Virus record (IMG/VR): IMGVR_UViG_3300028844_006278
DNA: 64,000 nucleotides
Reading direction: 5' to 3' (one strand)
Source of the DNA: a virus
Part shown: positions 1-8,765 of the stretch, piece after piece
Numbering within the stretch: position 1 is the stretch's first letter
Layout of the letters: each line of letters starts with the position of its first letter
Position numbers and translations under genes: made by a program
The notes under the pieces: model-generated
Told to the model about the DNA's origin: nothing
What the model saw: only the letters and a program-made list of their open reading frames with translations
The model's database searches: none

Positions 1-708
1 AGCCAGTCTTTTGTTGTATGTTTTCTGAGACGCGCCTACATCTACGTCCTCTAGTGATAGCCGACCGTTGATTACGCAGACTGTTGCTATAAGCCACATA
101 CTGCATATGTCGAAATCGGAGTACTTACTGTACTTAGGTGCCCCTATGTCTCGAAGTACCTGCTGTATGTGTCCTCCGGTCATCCCCGCGGACCATTTGT
201 TGCCGGCCGCTAATCCTGTGTAGGCCTCCAGACTTACATCGTACCTTCTTCCCTTCTTGGAAGGCGCCCGGCGCATTGATAAGACACGAAGCAGGGATCT
301 AGACGGAGCGGTATTATCCCAGCCACCTAGACTTAGCGAGCCTTCGCGCAGTTCATCGAACTGCCCACACACCCTGATCAACAAGGTACGCAGCTTCTCT
401 CCGGACAGATGCTCTCCTGCCAAGTCATCCAAGAGGAATCCTACGCATCTCCTGCGAACAGCTAATGCGTAGTCATCCTCAAGAACTTCGTCGAAGTACG
501 ACCCGTCGCCTATATCCTCTAAGCCAGGGGAGAAGTCCCCCGGCTTGTGGATGAACGATAAGATATACTCTGTAAGCTCCTCTCGAACTTGACCAGTCAC
601 TAGACCATCAACAAGATCCCTGTCTAGTAGACCTTCATGCAGGCTGTTGCGGAGCTTGCGTAGCTTGGGAAGCGAAGGGCGCCGTATCGAACAGTTCTGG
701 TTGGTCAT
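1..708 (-). CDS. Hypothetical protein, runs off the left edge (>236 aa; not in the ORF track)
   Basis: Hand translation from ATG 708 (GGAG upstream): MTNQNCSIRRPSLPKLRKLRNSLHEGLLDRDLVDGL...SQKTYNKRLA, open to position 1. Confidence 0.75.
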   Translation of the reverse strand, partial: MTNQNCSIRRPSLPKLRKLRNSLHEGLLDRDLVDGLVTGQVREELTEYILSFIHKPGDFSPGLEDIGDGSYFDEVLEDDYALAVRRRCVGFLLDDLAGEHLSGEKLRTLLIRVCGQFDELREGSLSLGGWDNTAPSRSLLRVLSMRRAPSKKGRRYDVSLEAYTGLAAGNKWSAGMTGGHIQQVLRDIGAPKYSKYSDFDICSMWLIATVCVINGRLSLEDVDVGASQKTYNKRLA

Positions 709-955
709 CTACTTTCTCCGGCCCAGACACGAATGTTTGGATCATAGTGGTAAGGATGGTATCGATCTGCCTGAGTAATGCGATCCTCTCCCGGACGCGC
801 ATAGTTGGAGGGGATTGGGAGAACTCTACGAAGGAAGTAGTCGCCAAAAGGTCAGCAGGGACTTCGCTCATAAGAGAGTCTGCGAGGCCTTCTCGAGAAT
901 CCTGCAGCTCACTACGCAGCGCTGCGACATCGCCCGCCGTCTGTAGTCTTATCAC
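635..955 (-). CDS. Hypothetical protein
   Basis: 106-aa ORF overlapping the stop of the upstream gene by 4 nt. Confidence 0.65.
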   Translation of the reverse strand: MIRLQTAGDVAALRSELQDSREGLADSLMSEVPADLLATTSFVEFSQSPPTMRVRERIALLRQIDTILTTMIQTFVSGPEKVDDQPELFDTAPFASQATQAPQQPA

Positions 956-1689
956 GCGGATTCCTCAGATGTAGCGTCGTCAAAGGCGCTTCGAATAGGC
1001 ACCACCTGCGAACTCAGGTATGCAGACAATCTCACAGCTTCGTCGGAGATAGAGGCAATTAGAGCATCATTCTCGCAATCGCCGTGCACGATGAGGTCGT
1101 AGTCATCGTCAGCCGTTTTATCAGCATCTGCTGCGGTATGCGCAGCTTCCGGGTACTTAAGCATATGGGCCTTAATCTTCTCGAGATCGCTCTCCAGCAT
1201 CTTGAGCATCTTGCGGAACCATCCCTTAGCAGACATGGCGCGAGCTCTAGGGGGACTGGCCGAGGAGTCGTCGGATACTGCCTTATTGACGAGCTCCCGT
1301 ACTTGTCGGACGGTCAGATTAGAGGTCGCGGCCTCTTCGATGACTTGCTCTCTTGTCTCCTCGTCCGGGAGACGAAGAACCTCGCGGGCAGATGACCACT
1401 CGATGGAGAGATCCTCCACGGAGTCCGAGGATGGGAAGGCCTTGAAGAACCTCAACATCTCCTGCAACAGTCTGGGAGTCTTCCCTACCTTCTCTGCAAT
1501 CCGCTCTACAGCTCTGGAGCCATATACGCCCTCGTTTTCCTGGACTGTCGATATGACTTGTCCTACCCTCCAAGCGTAGTTGAGGGCCTTTCGATTACCT
1601 TCGCGCAACAGCGCGTCCACCAGTCCAGCGGCATTGTCCAGATCGCTCGGAGGTATGAAGGTGGTGGTCGTTTGTGTTAGAGATTCCAT
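952..1689 (-). CDS. YhcG/DUF1016 N-terminal-like (ParB-type HTH) DNA-binding protein
   Basis: NRKALNYAWRVGQVI...YGSRAVERIAE...PRLLQEMLRFFKAFP...IEWS...LPDEETRE...NLTVRQVRELV follows the DUF1016_N pattern. Confidence 0.6.
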   Translation of the reverse strand: MESLTQTTTTFIPPSDLDNAAGLVDALLREGNRKALNYAWRVGQVISTVQENEGVYGSRAVERIAEKVGKTPRLLQEMLRFFKAFPSSDSVEDLSIEWSSAREVLRLPDEETREQVIEEAATSNLTVRQVRELVNKAVSDDSSASPPRARAMSAKGWFRKMLKMLESDLEKIKAHMLKYPEAAHTAADADKTADDDYDLIVHGDCENDALIASISDEAVRLSAYLSSQVVPIRSAFDDATSEESA

Positions 1690-2240
1690 TATGATCTCTC
1701 CTTTGTTAGTGTGTCTACATCTATGATCTCTAGAGGAGTCCGCTCCAAGGAGGAGGGGACTATAATCCTAGGGTGCGGAACAGCTGTGGGGCGGGATGCA
1801 CTATATGCTTTAAGGACATATGTATGTTTACTGGGAACCCTGAATAGAAGCCAGGGCGGGCTGTGACCTGCTTCGGACATCTGTAGGACATCCCTATACT
1901 TAGCCCACGTCTTTAGAAGAGCGGACGACGTAAAGGAATCCGGCTTCAGTAAGAAGCCGACCAGCTTACTCTGCGAAATCGTCTTATGATACACGAAGAC
2001 GTGATCGACCACTCCTGCGCTAAGTGACTTATAGGAGGAGAGAACGTCCTTCGCATCGAAGGCGTCCCCCCAGAACCTCTGTATATCCTTAGGCTCTACT
2101 CCGAGGGACGGAGCCGCATCCTTCATAAGATCCCTAGACAGTCTCCACCTCTTACGCTGCTTGGTCTTATCGTTTCGCTTCCGCTCAGCCTTTCTAAACC
2201 GCGCGGCAAGCTCCGTCCGCCTATCCTCGTACTCACTCAC
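1689..2240 (-). CDS. Hypothetical basic protein
   Basis: 183-aa ORF, translationally coupled on both sides. Confidence 0.7.
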   Translation of the reverse strand: MSEYEDRRTELAARFRKAERKRNDKTKQRKRWRLSRDLMKDAAPSLGVEPKDIQRFWGDAFDAKDVLSSYKSLSAGVVDHVFVYHKTISQSKLVGFLLKPDSFTSSALLKTWAKYRDVLQMSEAGHSPPWLLFRVPSKHTYVLKAYSASRPTAVPHPRIIVPSSLERTPLEIIDVDTLTKERS

Positions 2241-3499
2241 AACAGGGCCTGCCCTTCGAAGTGAGGCTGACGTGAGACAGACAGAAGATCCTGTAAGTCC
2301 TTTACGAGGTCAGGATCGTTATGGATAGCGTGGCCTAGATCCTTTGGAGTAGCCTCCTTGATGCCGAGACGAGAGCACTTTAGCTTATTGCCAGCTCCGC
2401 CGATGTGGCAGATCTCTTTCAGCTTAGCGCGCTCAATCGTTACCCTGCCCGTCTCTCGAGTTAGCAACTCCACCAAGGACGTATCCCAGTCAATATCTAC
2501 GTGATACCGCTGATAATCCTCCTCGGTCTCTCCCATATGGGATAGGATAAGATCTCGAGAGTGCTTCTCCTTGTCAGGGCCCCGGGTACGCATCTGCACA
2601 CAGATCTTGAGTCCCGTATCGGCCAGGGACGCCTTCAGGGTCTGCATCCATACCTTGGACCGCGCCTCAGACCGCAGTTTATTTCCTCCCTTCTCCCGAA
2701 TCATCTCAATCGTGGCGAAGTTTAGGAAATCTTTATGCGCTCCGCCCGGCGATCCCTTCTCCGGCGCGAAGTTGGCACCGCCTTGTCCTGCAGGCATCTT
2801 CTCCTTCAGGTGATTAATGATCACTAGGGCCATGGGCCGCTCTTGCAGCTTGGTTAGAGTCCATGTCTTCAGATGGTTTGTAAGATCAGAGGCCCGTCGT
2901 GCGGACAGGTACCCGCTTACTGAATTGACGTCGCCCGTCTTGTTAAGGGCCGTTACCTCTTCTTTAGAGACCAATGCGCCCATGCTATCCAATAGGAATA
3001 CCATAGGATGAGACTGGTCCGGCACTACCTGGTCATACTGCGTGGCGTACTCACTCATCGCCAGGGACAGGTCTTCCACCGTCTTTACCGGGACGCGCAT
3101 GATCATCTCGCTGAACAGCACGTCATCGTCGAGAATCCCTCGGACTAGGTTGTCGTTGGTCTTATTCTCCACATCCAGATATACCCCAATGCCCGCGGCA
3201 CGCTCGTACTTTAGGAACTGCGACACTACCCACCATCCCATCTGGGACTTTAAGGATCCCGGCTTACCTACCAAGGACATTGCTTGACGGAGAGGCAGTA
3301 CATCCAAGCCCAGTAGATACTGGAACGGAAGGGCGCCTGTCAACGGAATACCCGTCTTAGGATCTCCCATAGGTCGAGGGGCATGGTTTTTCATCACCTT
3401 ACCGAAGAGGTCTCTAGCAGCAAAGCGAAGGGCGGCGCCGTCTGTTGACTCTTTGGTAGGACTTGCTAGGGCTACTGAGGCCCGTTTACGTGGAGGCAT
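2237..3499 (-). CDS. recA: RecA/UvsX-like recombinase
   Basis: Walker A variant GKPGSLKS, YLDVENK, Walker B FLLDSMGAL, VIINHL, PGGAHKDF in RecA order. Confidence 0.85.
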   Translation of the reverse strand: MPPRKRASVALASPTKESTDGAALRFAARDLFGKVMKNHAPRPMGDPKTGIPLTGALPFQYLLGLDVLPLRQAMSLVGKPGSLKSQMGWWVVSQFLKYERAAGIGVYLDVENKTNDNLVRGILDDDVLFSEMIMRVPVKTVEDLSLAMSEYATQYDQVVPDQSHPMVFLLDSMGALVSKEEVTALNKTGDVNSVSGYLSARRASDLTNHLKTWTLTKLQERPMALVIINHLKEKMPAGQGGANFAPEKGSPGGAHKDFLNFATIEMIREKGGNKLRSEARSKVWMQTLKASLADTGLKICVQMRTRGPDKEKHSRDLILSHMGETEEDYQRYHVDIDWDTSLVELLTRETGRVTIERAKLKEICHIGGAGNKLKCSRLGIKEATPKDLGHAIHNDPDLVKDLQDLLSVSRQPHFEGQALL

Positions 3500-3520
3500 G
3501 TATATTTTTTCTCCAATTTA

Positions 3521-3550
3521 TAGGAAATAGCATACGTGTGCTATTTCCTA
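3521..3550. promoter_or_regulatory. 30-bp near-perfect palindrome upstream of the recA-like gene
   Basis: TAGGAAATAGCATAC/GTGTGCTATTTCCTA, one mismatch, intergenic, just upstream of the GGAG RBS; core shared with other intergenic palindromes. Confidence 0.6.
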
Positions 3551-3599
3551 GTGAGTTGTTGTTTGTGCGTCGGATAGTAGCTGACATGGAGTCGAGGTA

Positions 3600-4706
3600 C
3601 TAATATATCTGTTGGTCATTCTTTTTGTCCCTGAAGTCAGTCCCCAGGCAGTCCTTCCATCCCCGGGAATGCCTAGAACATTCTAGCATATCGTTGTCGA
3701 AGGCCTTGCGGTAGGAGTCGACGCAGTTTTCGCAATGCACTGGAGTCTTGGCGGTTAGAGGAGGCTGCAGGGCTGCCAATCTTTTTCTAAGGTAAGTTCG
3801 ACTAGGCTCGGCATCCTTCGCGATCGTAGACCCAGGCTCAGTTCCAGCTAGCATACAATCGAGCACCTCCAGTGCCGCCTCTATCTCTGAGGCCTCCTCC
3901 GCAGCAGGATCGGGCTTTGGAAGCGTCGGTATAGCCGGAGCCTCCATATGCCACTCGCACACGCACTCAGACGGATTCTTCACTAACTGGTGACTGACTC
4001 CTTTGACGTCATCGACCACGGCATATCCCAGATAATACCACCCCGCTACAGATGGGGCTCCCTTTTTCCACTCGGTACGTTGTGGGATAGAATTGCTCGG
4101 TCGAAGTCCTAGCTGTCTGAGGTTCTCCAGATGCTCGGACAATGCCCGAAGCAGCTCCGGTTGATCCGGGTCTCGCCAGTCCACTGGAGACTCCCTTCCG
4201 TATAGGATCTCGAGTGCCCTATTAGATAAAGGCAGATGTTGGAGGAGCGGCGAGGGATCTGGAATGATCTGCTGATGAAGTGCGGCGAAACGAGCGCATA
4301 TGTCCGAATTCTTATCTAGCTCAGACAGGGAATTCTCTATCTCCTTGAGCTCTATCTGCTTATCCGTAAGAGCAGTGAATGGAGCATAGGGCAGCGGAAT
4401 TGGCATGTGGGCAAGCATAGGTATCTCTCTGGAACATTCGTATTCGTCCTCGGGGTGACCAGAATGAAAGTATGTCATCGTCTCCCCAAAAATACTGCGG
4501 ACCCAGTAGTGTCCGGGAGCAGAGGGAGCTCCATGCTCCCATGCTGGATATATATCGCAAATCCGCTCGGCCATCGCAGTTGTGAAATTCGTCGGAGCTC
4601 GTTCTAGCTCTTTGTCGAAGAATCGGTGCACTTCTTCGACGGTTGATCCTGATGATATGGTATTCACCACCCTTCTCCTATTCTTTCTATTTCTTGAATC
4701 TTCCAC
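3600..4706 (-). CDS. Hypothetical protein with duplicated DUF551-like (W..G.P...G.Y...HMP) module
   Basis: WEHGAPSAPGHYW...HMPIPLP and WKKGAPSVAGWYY...HMEAPAIP; C-terminal CENC...C...C; start uncertain. Confidence 0.6.
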   Translation of the reverse strand: MEDSRNRKNRRRVVNTISSGSTVEEVHRFFDKELERAPTNFTTAMAERICDIYPAWEHGAPSAPGHYWVRSIFGETMTYFHSGHPEDEYECSREIPMLAHMPIPLPYAPFTALTDKQIELKEIENSLSELDKNSDICARFAALHQQIIPDPSPLLQHLPLSNRALEILYGRESPVDWRDPDQPELLRALSEHLENLRQLGLRPSNSIPQRTEWKKGAPSVAGWYYLGYAVVDDVKGVSHQLVKNPSECVCEWHMEAPAIPTLPKPDPAAEEASEIEAALEVLDCMLAGTEPGSTIAKDAEPSRTYLRKRLAALQPPLTAKTPVHCENCVDSYRKAFDNDMLECSRHSRGWKDCLGTDFRDKKNDQQIY

Positions 4707-5140
4707 GCCCTGAGGGCATCGTAGTATCTCGCTTCCTCCAGTTCGTACATCTGTAGTAGCTCCTGGTATCTACGTTCTCGGTCGACATACCTACTCCACG
4801 CAGTCTCGTACTCCCCCTCTGTCATGCGTAGTACGTACGGTACCCTTATATGCGACAAGTCATCCGAGTCTGGGTCGTATGGACAATAGGTCGCCTTAGT
4901 CACATCCCAGGTTCGGTGATGCCGGTCTCCCAGGATTTTAACTAGTTGGCGCTCTTTGTTCAGCATATGCTCATCGACGAATGCCGTAAACTTCTCCTGA
5001 AATTCAGGACATAGCGGACGAAGCTCTTCCGTAAAAGTCGAGGCACTGATTTGCTCCACCATGTGGATGTCTTGCTGAGGCGGCTTCGGAGGCACAGGTT
5101 TTATAGGTGGCTCCGGTTTAGATAGTATCTTTTTGTTCAT
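4664..5140 (-). CDS. Hypothetical protein
   Basis: 158-aa ORF, Pro-rich N-terminus. Confidence 0.7.
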   Translation of the reverse strand: MNKKILSKPEPPIKPVPPKPPQQDIHMVEQISASTFTEELRPLCPEFQEKFTAFVDEHMLNKERQLVKILGDRHHRTWDVTKATYCPYDPDSDDLSHIRVPYVLRMTEGEYETAWSRYVDRERRYQELLQMYELEEARYYDALRAWKIQEIERIGEGW

Positions 5141-5191
5141 TTGTAGGTTCTTATATATATAAGTGTTCGTGCTCCGTAGCTCTCCACTACC

Positions 5192-5234
5192 AGAAAGGAC
5201 ACACGCGTCATATATTACTACGACGCGTGTGCCC
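5192..5234 (-). terminator. Putative intrinsic terminator after the SSB gene
   Basis: Minus-strand stem GGGCACACGCGTC...GACGCGTGTGTCC followed by TTTCT, 8 nt after the stop. Confidence 0.55.
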
Positions 5235-5242
5235 TAGGGATG

Positions 5243-6031
5243 CTAACCGGTAGACAGCCCCTTCAAGGCGTCCGCAAATTTGGCCAGATCAGCGGGGCTT
5301 GTGACAGCCTCCGCTGCTGTGACCGCAACAGGGACGGGCGGAGGAGGCGCTGCTGCGTAGTTAGCAGGAGGCGCTGCGGGAGGCGCTGCTGCGTAGTTAG
5401 CAGGAGGCGCTGCGGGAGGCGCTGCTGCGTAGTTAGCAGGAGGCGTTGCGGGAGGCGTTGCGGGAGGCGCTGCGGTGAACGGAGGAGGAGGCGCAGAGGC
5501 CGCCTTAAATCCCCCCTCTCCTACCGGGTCAAAGCCCGTATGTCCCGCTGCTGGTGCCACGAGCTCTGTGATCTGGATTTGGTTGAGGAACATGCCTACA
5601 CCAGACACAACGCCTGTGGCGTATGCACGGCCCGTGCCGATTGAGAACCGACCACGACTACCGTTGCCGATGAGCCAATTCTCCCCAGCAGGTGCCTTCT
5701 CCCCCGTGGCATCGTAGAGAGCCGGGGGACGGGTGGTCTTGAACTTAAAGACCAAGGTCCCTGCGGCTTCGCCGGGAGTTCCAGGCACGTACTTCTTTGC
5801 CCAGATCTTTTTCTTTTTCTCGGGATCCGGCTCCGCATCAGCAAGAGCCGTGAGACCCGCGTTTACGATCTCCTCCAGAGTCTGCCGAAGGTGTTGCCCT
5901 TCCTCGCCCTCGATTACAATCGAGCATTCGATCTTCGTCGACGACGAGTCGAAATGGGTGTTGGGAACGGTCGTGTCCCCATTGATGCCGCACCAGACCA
6001 AGTCCCCGAAGGGTGTGATAATGTCTGCCAT
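5243..6031 (-). CDS. ssb: T7 gp2.5-like single-stranded DNA-binding protein with Pro/Ala-rich tail
   Basis: IITPFG..., FKFK...LYDATG..., IGNGSRGRF, GVGMFLNQIQITELV match the gp2.5 OB-fold pattern; adjacent to PolA. Confidence 0.75.
   Translation of the reverse strand: MADIITPFGDLVWCGINGDTTVPNTHFDSSSTKIECSIVIEGEEGQHLRQTLEEIVNAGLTALADAEPDPEKKKKIWAKKYVPGTPGEAAGTLVFKFKTTRPPALYDATGEKAPAGENWLIGNGSRGRFSIGTGRAYATGVVSGVGMFLNQIQITELVAPAAGHTGFDPVGEGGFKAASAPPPPFTAAPPATPPATPPANYAAAPPAAPPANYAAAPPAAPPANYAAAPPPPVPVAVTAAEAVTSPADLAKFADALKGLSTG
5343..5474 (-). repeat. 36-bp coding tandem repeat (PPAAPPANYAAA x3) plus 12-bp units
   Basis: ggaggcgctgctgcgtagttagcaggaggcgctgcg repeated about three times. Confidence 0.9.
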
Positions 6032-6074
6032 TTTATAGTCTCCTAATTTTTGGCGTGTAGTTAATATCGGCGCC

Positions 6075-7946
6075 TCAGATATTTGCTGTAGGCTGCCAGA
6101 GTAATACGTCTCCGTTCTCTCCTAGAACGGGCTCTGCGTCTTTGTACCAGCGGTCCATGAGTGCCCCCTCAACGCTAATCTTAACGTCCGGGATCACTCT
6201 CCGCATACCTTCGACCATTAGTGTGTTGATGCGCTTGATATTGTGCTGAAGGTGCTCGTCGGGGAGAAGCTCTACTATCACCTCGTCATGGATGAAGTTT
6301 ACTACCCGGAACCCCTCTAGAAACAGATACCATAGCGCTATTTTTGCCCCGTCCGCAGACAGCCCTTGGAAGCTATAGTTAGCTGCCGAGCAGTACGGAC
6401 AGGCTCGTCGTATTCTCCCTGTTACAGTTCTACCTATATATAGCGTATCTCCGTCATCGTCCGTATCCGAGCTGGAGTAGTCCACAGGAGGAGACAGGTG
6501 CTGTTTCATCTCAGGAAACGCAGCCAGCCACTTATCCTTTAGGATCCGGCATTCCTCGATAGGTAAAGTAACCCCGTACGAAGATTTAGCCAAAGTGCTA
6601 AAAGTCGCAAGTCCCAGACCTCCCGGGAATCCGAAGTTACAGGCCTTAGCCGTCTGTCGTTCCCCTTTATCAACTAGCGACTGATCTTTATTCAGGATGA
6701 CTCCTGCGAACCACCTGTGTAGATCCTCCCCTGCGTTGATAACATCGGCCATAGTAGATGCCCCGTACCACTGCAGGCAGCTCTGGGCAAGTGCGCATAG
6801 CTCTAGCTGGCTATAGTCCGCCGCATACAGTAGATATCCCTCAGTAGGGATGTACATCCCACGAACCCCCTCTTCCCGAGGCACGTTCTGAAGATTGGGG
6901 CCGGAACAACTGGTTCGTCCGGTCCGCATCAAAGGATTGAACCTAGGGTGCACCCGACCGTCCCCGCATATTAGCTCAGGGTTTATGTAGGTGCTCAATA
7001 TCTTCTGGTCGTGCTGGAAGGACTGGTAGGCCTCGAGGAATGGATGGGATCGATGTCCCATCACGGATAACGAGTCGTCCGTGATCTGTATTGCACCTGT
7101 CTTCTCCGTACGGGAGAACTGGATGTCTTCTGACCCTTCTATAAACTGAAGCTCTTTCTCTATGTAGGCGAGGAGCTTCTGAAGTACAGAAGAGTTGCCG
7201 GCTACTCCAGCATAGTATCCGAAATCTGCCATCACAGCTTCTGTCACACGCTTCTTATCCTCGAACTTGACCTTCATCTGGTCGAAGTACGGACGATCTA
7301 CCCGCATACCATTACGGCTGATGGAGTCCAGGGCGATCGCCCCAAGTAGCTGAATCTGTTCGGTAGGATACGCCTCCGGCATCTCTCGGAACATCAGGAC
7401 AGTTATAGCTGCATCAACTGCTGCATATTTAGCGTGGCGGTCCGTAAGCTCCATATCTCTAGTGAAGGTTAGGCGGATCTCCTCATCCTTAGGCACATCA
7501 ATGTGCAGCAGCCGCTTTGCCACAAAGTCCAACTTCCATCGACGATCTTTAGATCCCCTATTCAGCTGACGAAGCATCCAACGCATCCCAGTATCGACTA
7601 TACGGTTCTCAGTAATCGCATTTACCCATAACTGCTTATGGGGGCCGGATATGCCGAGAACGTGGAGATCAAAGGATGCGTTATGGAAGATCAGCTCTGC
7701 CGTAGGATTGAGCCGCACCATCTCAGGCAGATAGAAGTCTACGTCCCATGCGCGGACTAGGTGGATCTGCCGGGAGACACTGCAGGCGGCCTGCAGTAGT
7801 GCCAGCTCTACGGGCTCGCCCGGGATAATTAGCTTAGTCTCAGTATCCACCCCGATAGCGGGGCGTAGTCCTGAAGTCCGAAGCACAGGAGACCCTGGCT
7901 CCCATACCGTTACAGTGTATATTTCCCTGCCGACTAATACTTCCAC
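6075..7946 (-). CDS. polA: Family A DNA polymerase with 3'-5' exonuclease domain
   Basis: Exo motifs GVDTET, FHNASFD, YAAVDA; RTGRTSCSGPNLQNVPR; motif A DYSQLEL; motif B RQTAKACNFG; motif C IHDEV. Confidence 0.95.
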   Translation of the reverse strand: MEVLVGREIYTVTVWEPGSPVLRTSGLRPAIGVDTETKLIIPGEPVELALLQAACSVSRQIHLVRAWDVDFYLPEMVRLNPTAELIFHNASFDLHVLGISGPHKQLWVNAITENRIVDTGMRWMLRQLNRGSKDRRWKLDFVAKRLLHIDVPKDEEIRLTFTRDMELTDRHAKYAAVDAAITVLMFREMPEAYPTEQIQLLGAIALDSISRNGMRVDRPYFDQMKVKFEDKKRVTEAVMADFGYYAGVAGNSSVLQKLLAYIEKELQFIEGSEDIQFSRTEKTGAIQITDDSLSVMGHRSHPFLEAYQSFQHDQKILSTYINPELICGDGRVHPRFNPLMRTGRTSCSGPNLQNVPREEGVRGMYIPTEGYLLYAADYSQLELCALAQSCLQWYGASTMADVINAGEDLHRWFAGVILNKDQSLVDKGERQTAKACNFGFPGGLGLATFSTLAKSSYGVTLPIEECRILKDKWLAAFPEMKQHLSPPVDYSSSDTDDDGDTLYIGRTVTGRIRRACPYCSAANYSFQGLSADGAKIALWYLFLEGFRVVNFIHDEVIVELLPDEHLQHNIKRINTLMVEGMRRVIPDVKISVEGALMDRWYKDAEPVLGENGDVLLWQPTANI

Positions 7947-7968
7947 AACCGCTCCTCCTTATCCGTCG

Positions 7969-8733
7969 TCATCCGAATAGCCACTCCACCTGCCGCAGCG
8001 CAGTAGGTTCTTTGAGCTTCTCTAGAATGGCTGACCGTACTTCCGGTACAGGGACGGACTCCTCAGAATGGGAAGCGAGTATATCTACTCTAAGTACTCG
8101 GATCTCCTCCAATACTACCCTCCTCTCCTCCTTCAGGATGTCGAGCTTAGAGTCTATCTGAAGAAGCTGCTTATCTAGCGGTACAAGTCGGTCATCTTCA
8201 ACCTTATCGAACCGCCAGCAATCTAGTGAGGAATATGTCCTGCACATATCTCTCGTAAGTTCCGAGTTGTGTGCAGAGACCTTCGTCTGTATGTTTGCGT
8301 TCAAGTCCTGTAGCATAAACTCTACTGTCAGCTCCGAGATTGCCCTAGCCTGGACTTTATCGCAAATATCGTTATACCGCTTAAGCTTGGCCTCCTCTCC
8401 ACGCAATCCCCGGTAACTAACCGTCTCTTCTACGGAGTAGTAGAATTCTATAAGAGGATGGTTTTCTAGGTGTTTCTGGTTCCGGGGGGTCCGAGAAATA
8501 TAACCGGACCGAGGTGACAACAGCCCCAGGGTCTTGGCGTCTTCTATATCCACCAGTCCGCTGTTGATCTCCACGCGGTATCCTGCGTGTACTCTCGTAC
8601 CGGTGCGTAAAGGGCCGTCCTTGGGCGAACGCATGGCGATCGTCACATCCTCCTCTACAACCGGCCGTGCTTGGAAGAACCTCCCCGTGCGCAGCTTGGT
8701 CGTCTTAAATACGGGCTCTTTCTTATTTTCCAT
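7969..8733 (-). CDS. Hypothetical protein, C-terminal coiled coil
   Basis: 254-aa ORF in operon. Confidence 0.7.
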   Translation of the reverse strand: MENKKEPVFKTTKLRTGRFFQARPVVEEDVTIAMRSPKDGPLRTGTRVHAGYRVEINSGLVDIEDAKTLGLLSPRSGYISRTPRNQKHLENHPLIEFYYSVEETVSYRGLRGEEAKLKRYNDICDKVQARAISELTVEFMLQDLNANIQTKVSAHNSELTRDMCRTYSSLDCWRFDKVEDDRLVPLDKQLLQIDSKLDILKEERRVVLEEIRVLRVDILASHSEESVPVPEVRSAILEKLKEPTALRQVEWLFG

Positions 8734-8765
8734 AGTTTGATATCCTGATTTGTGTGATGTGTGTA

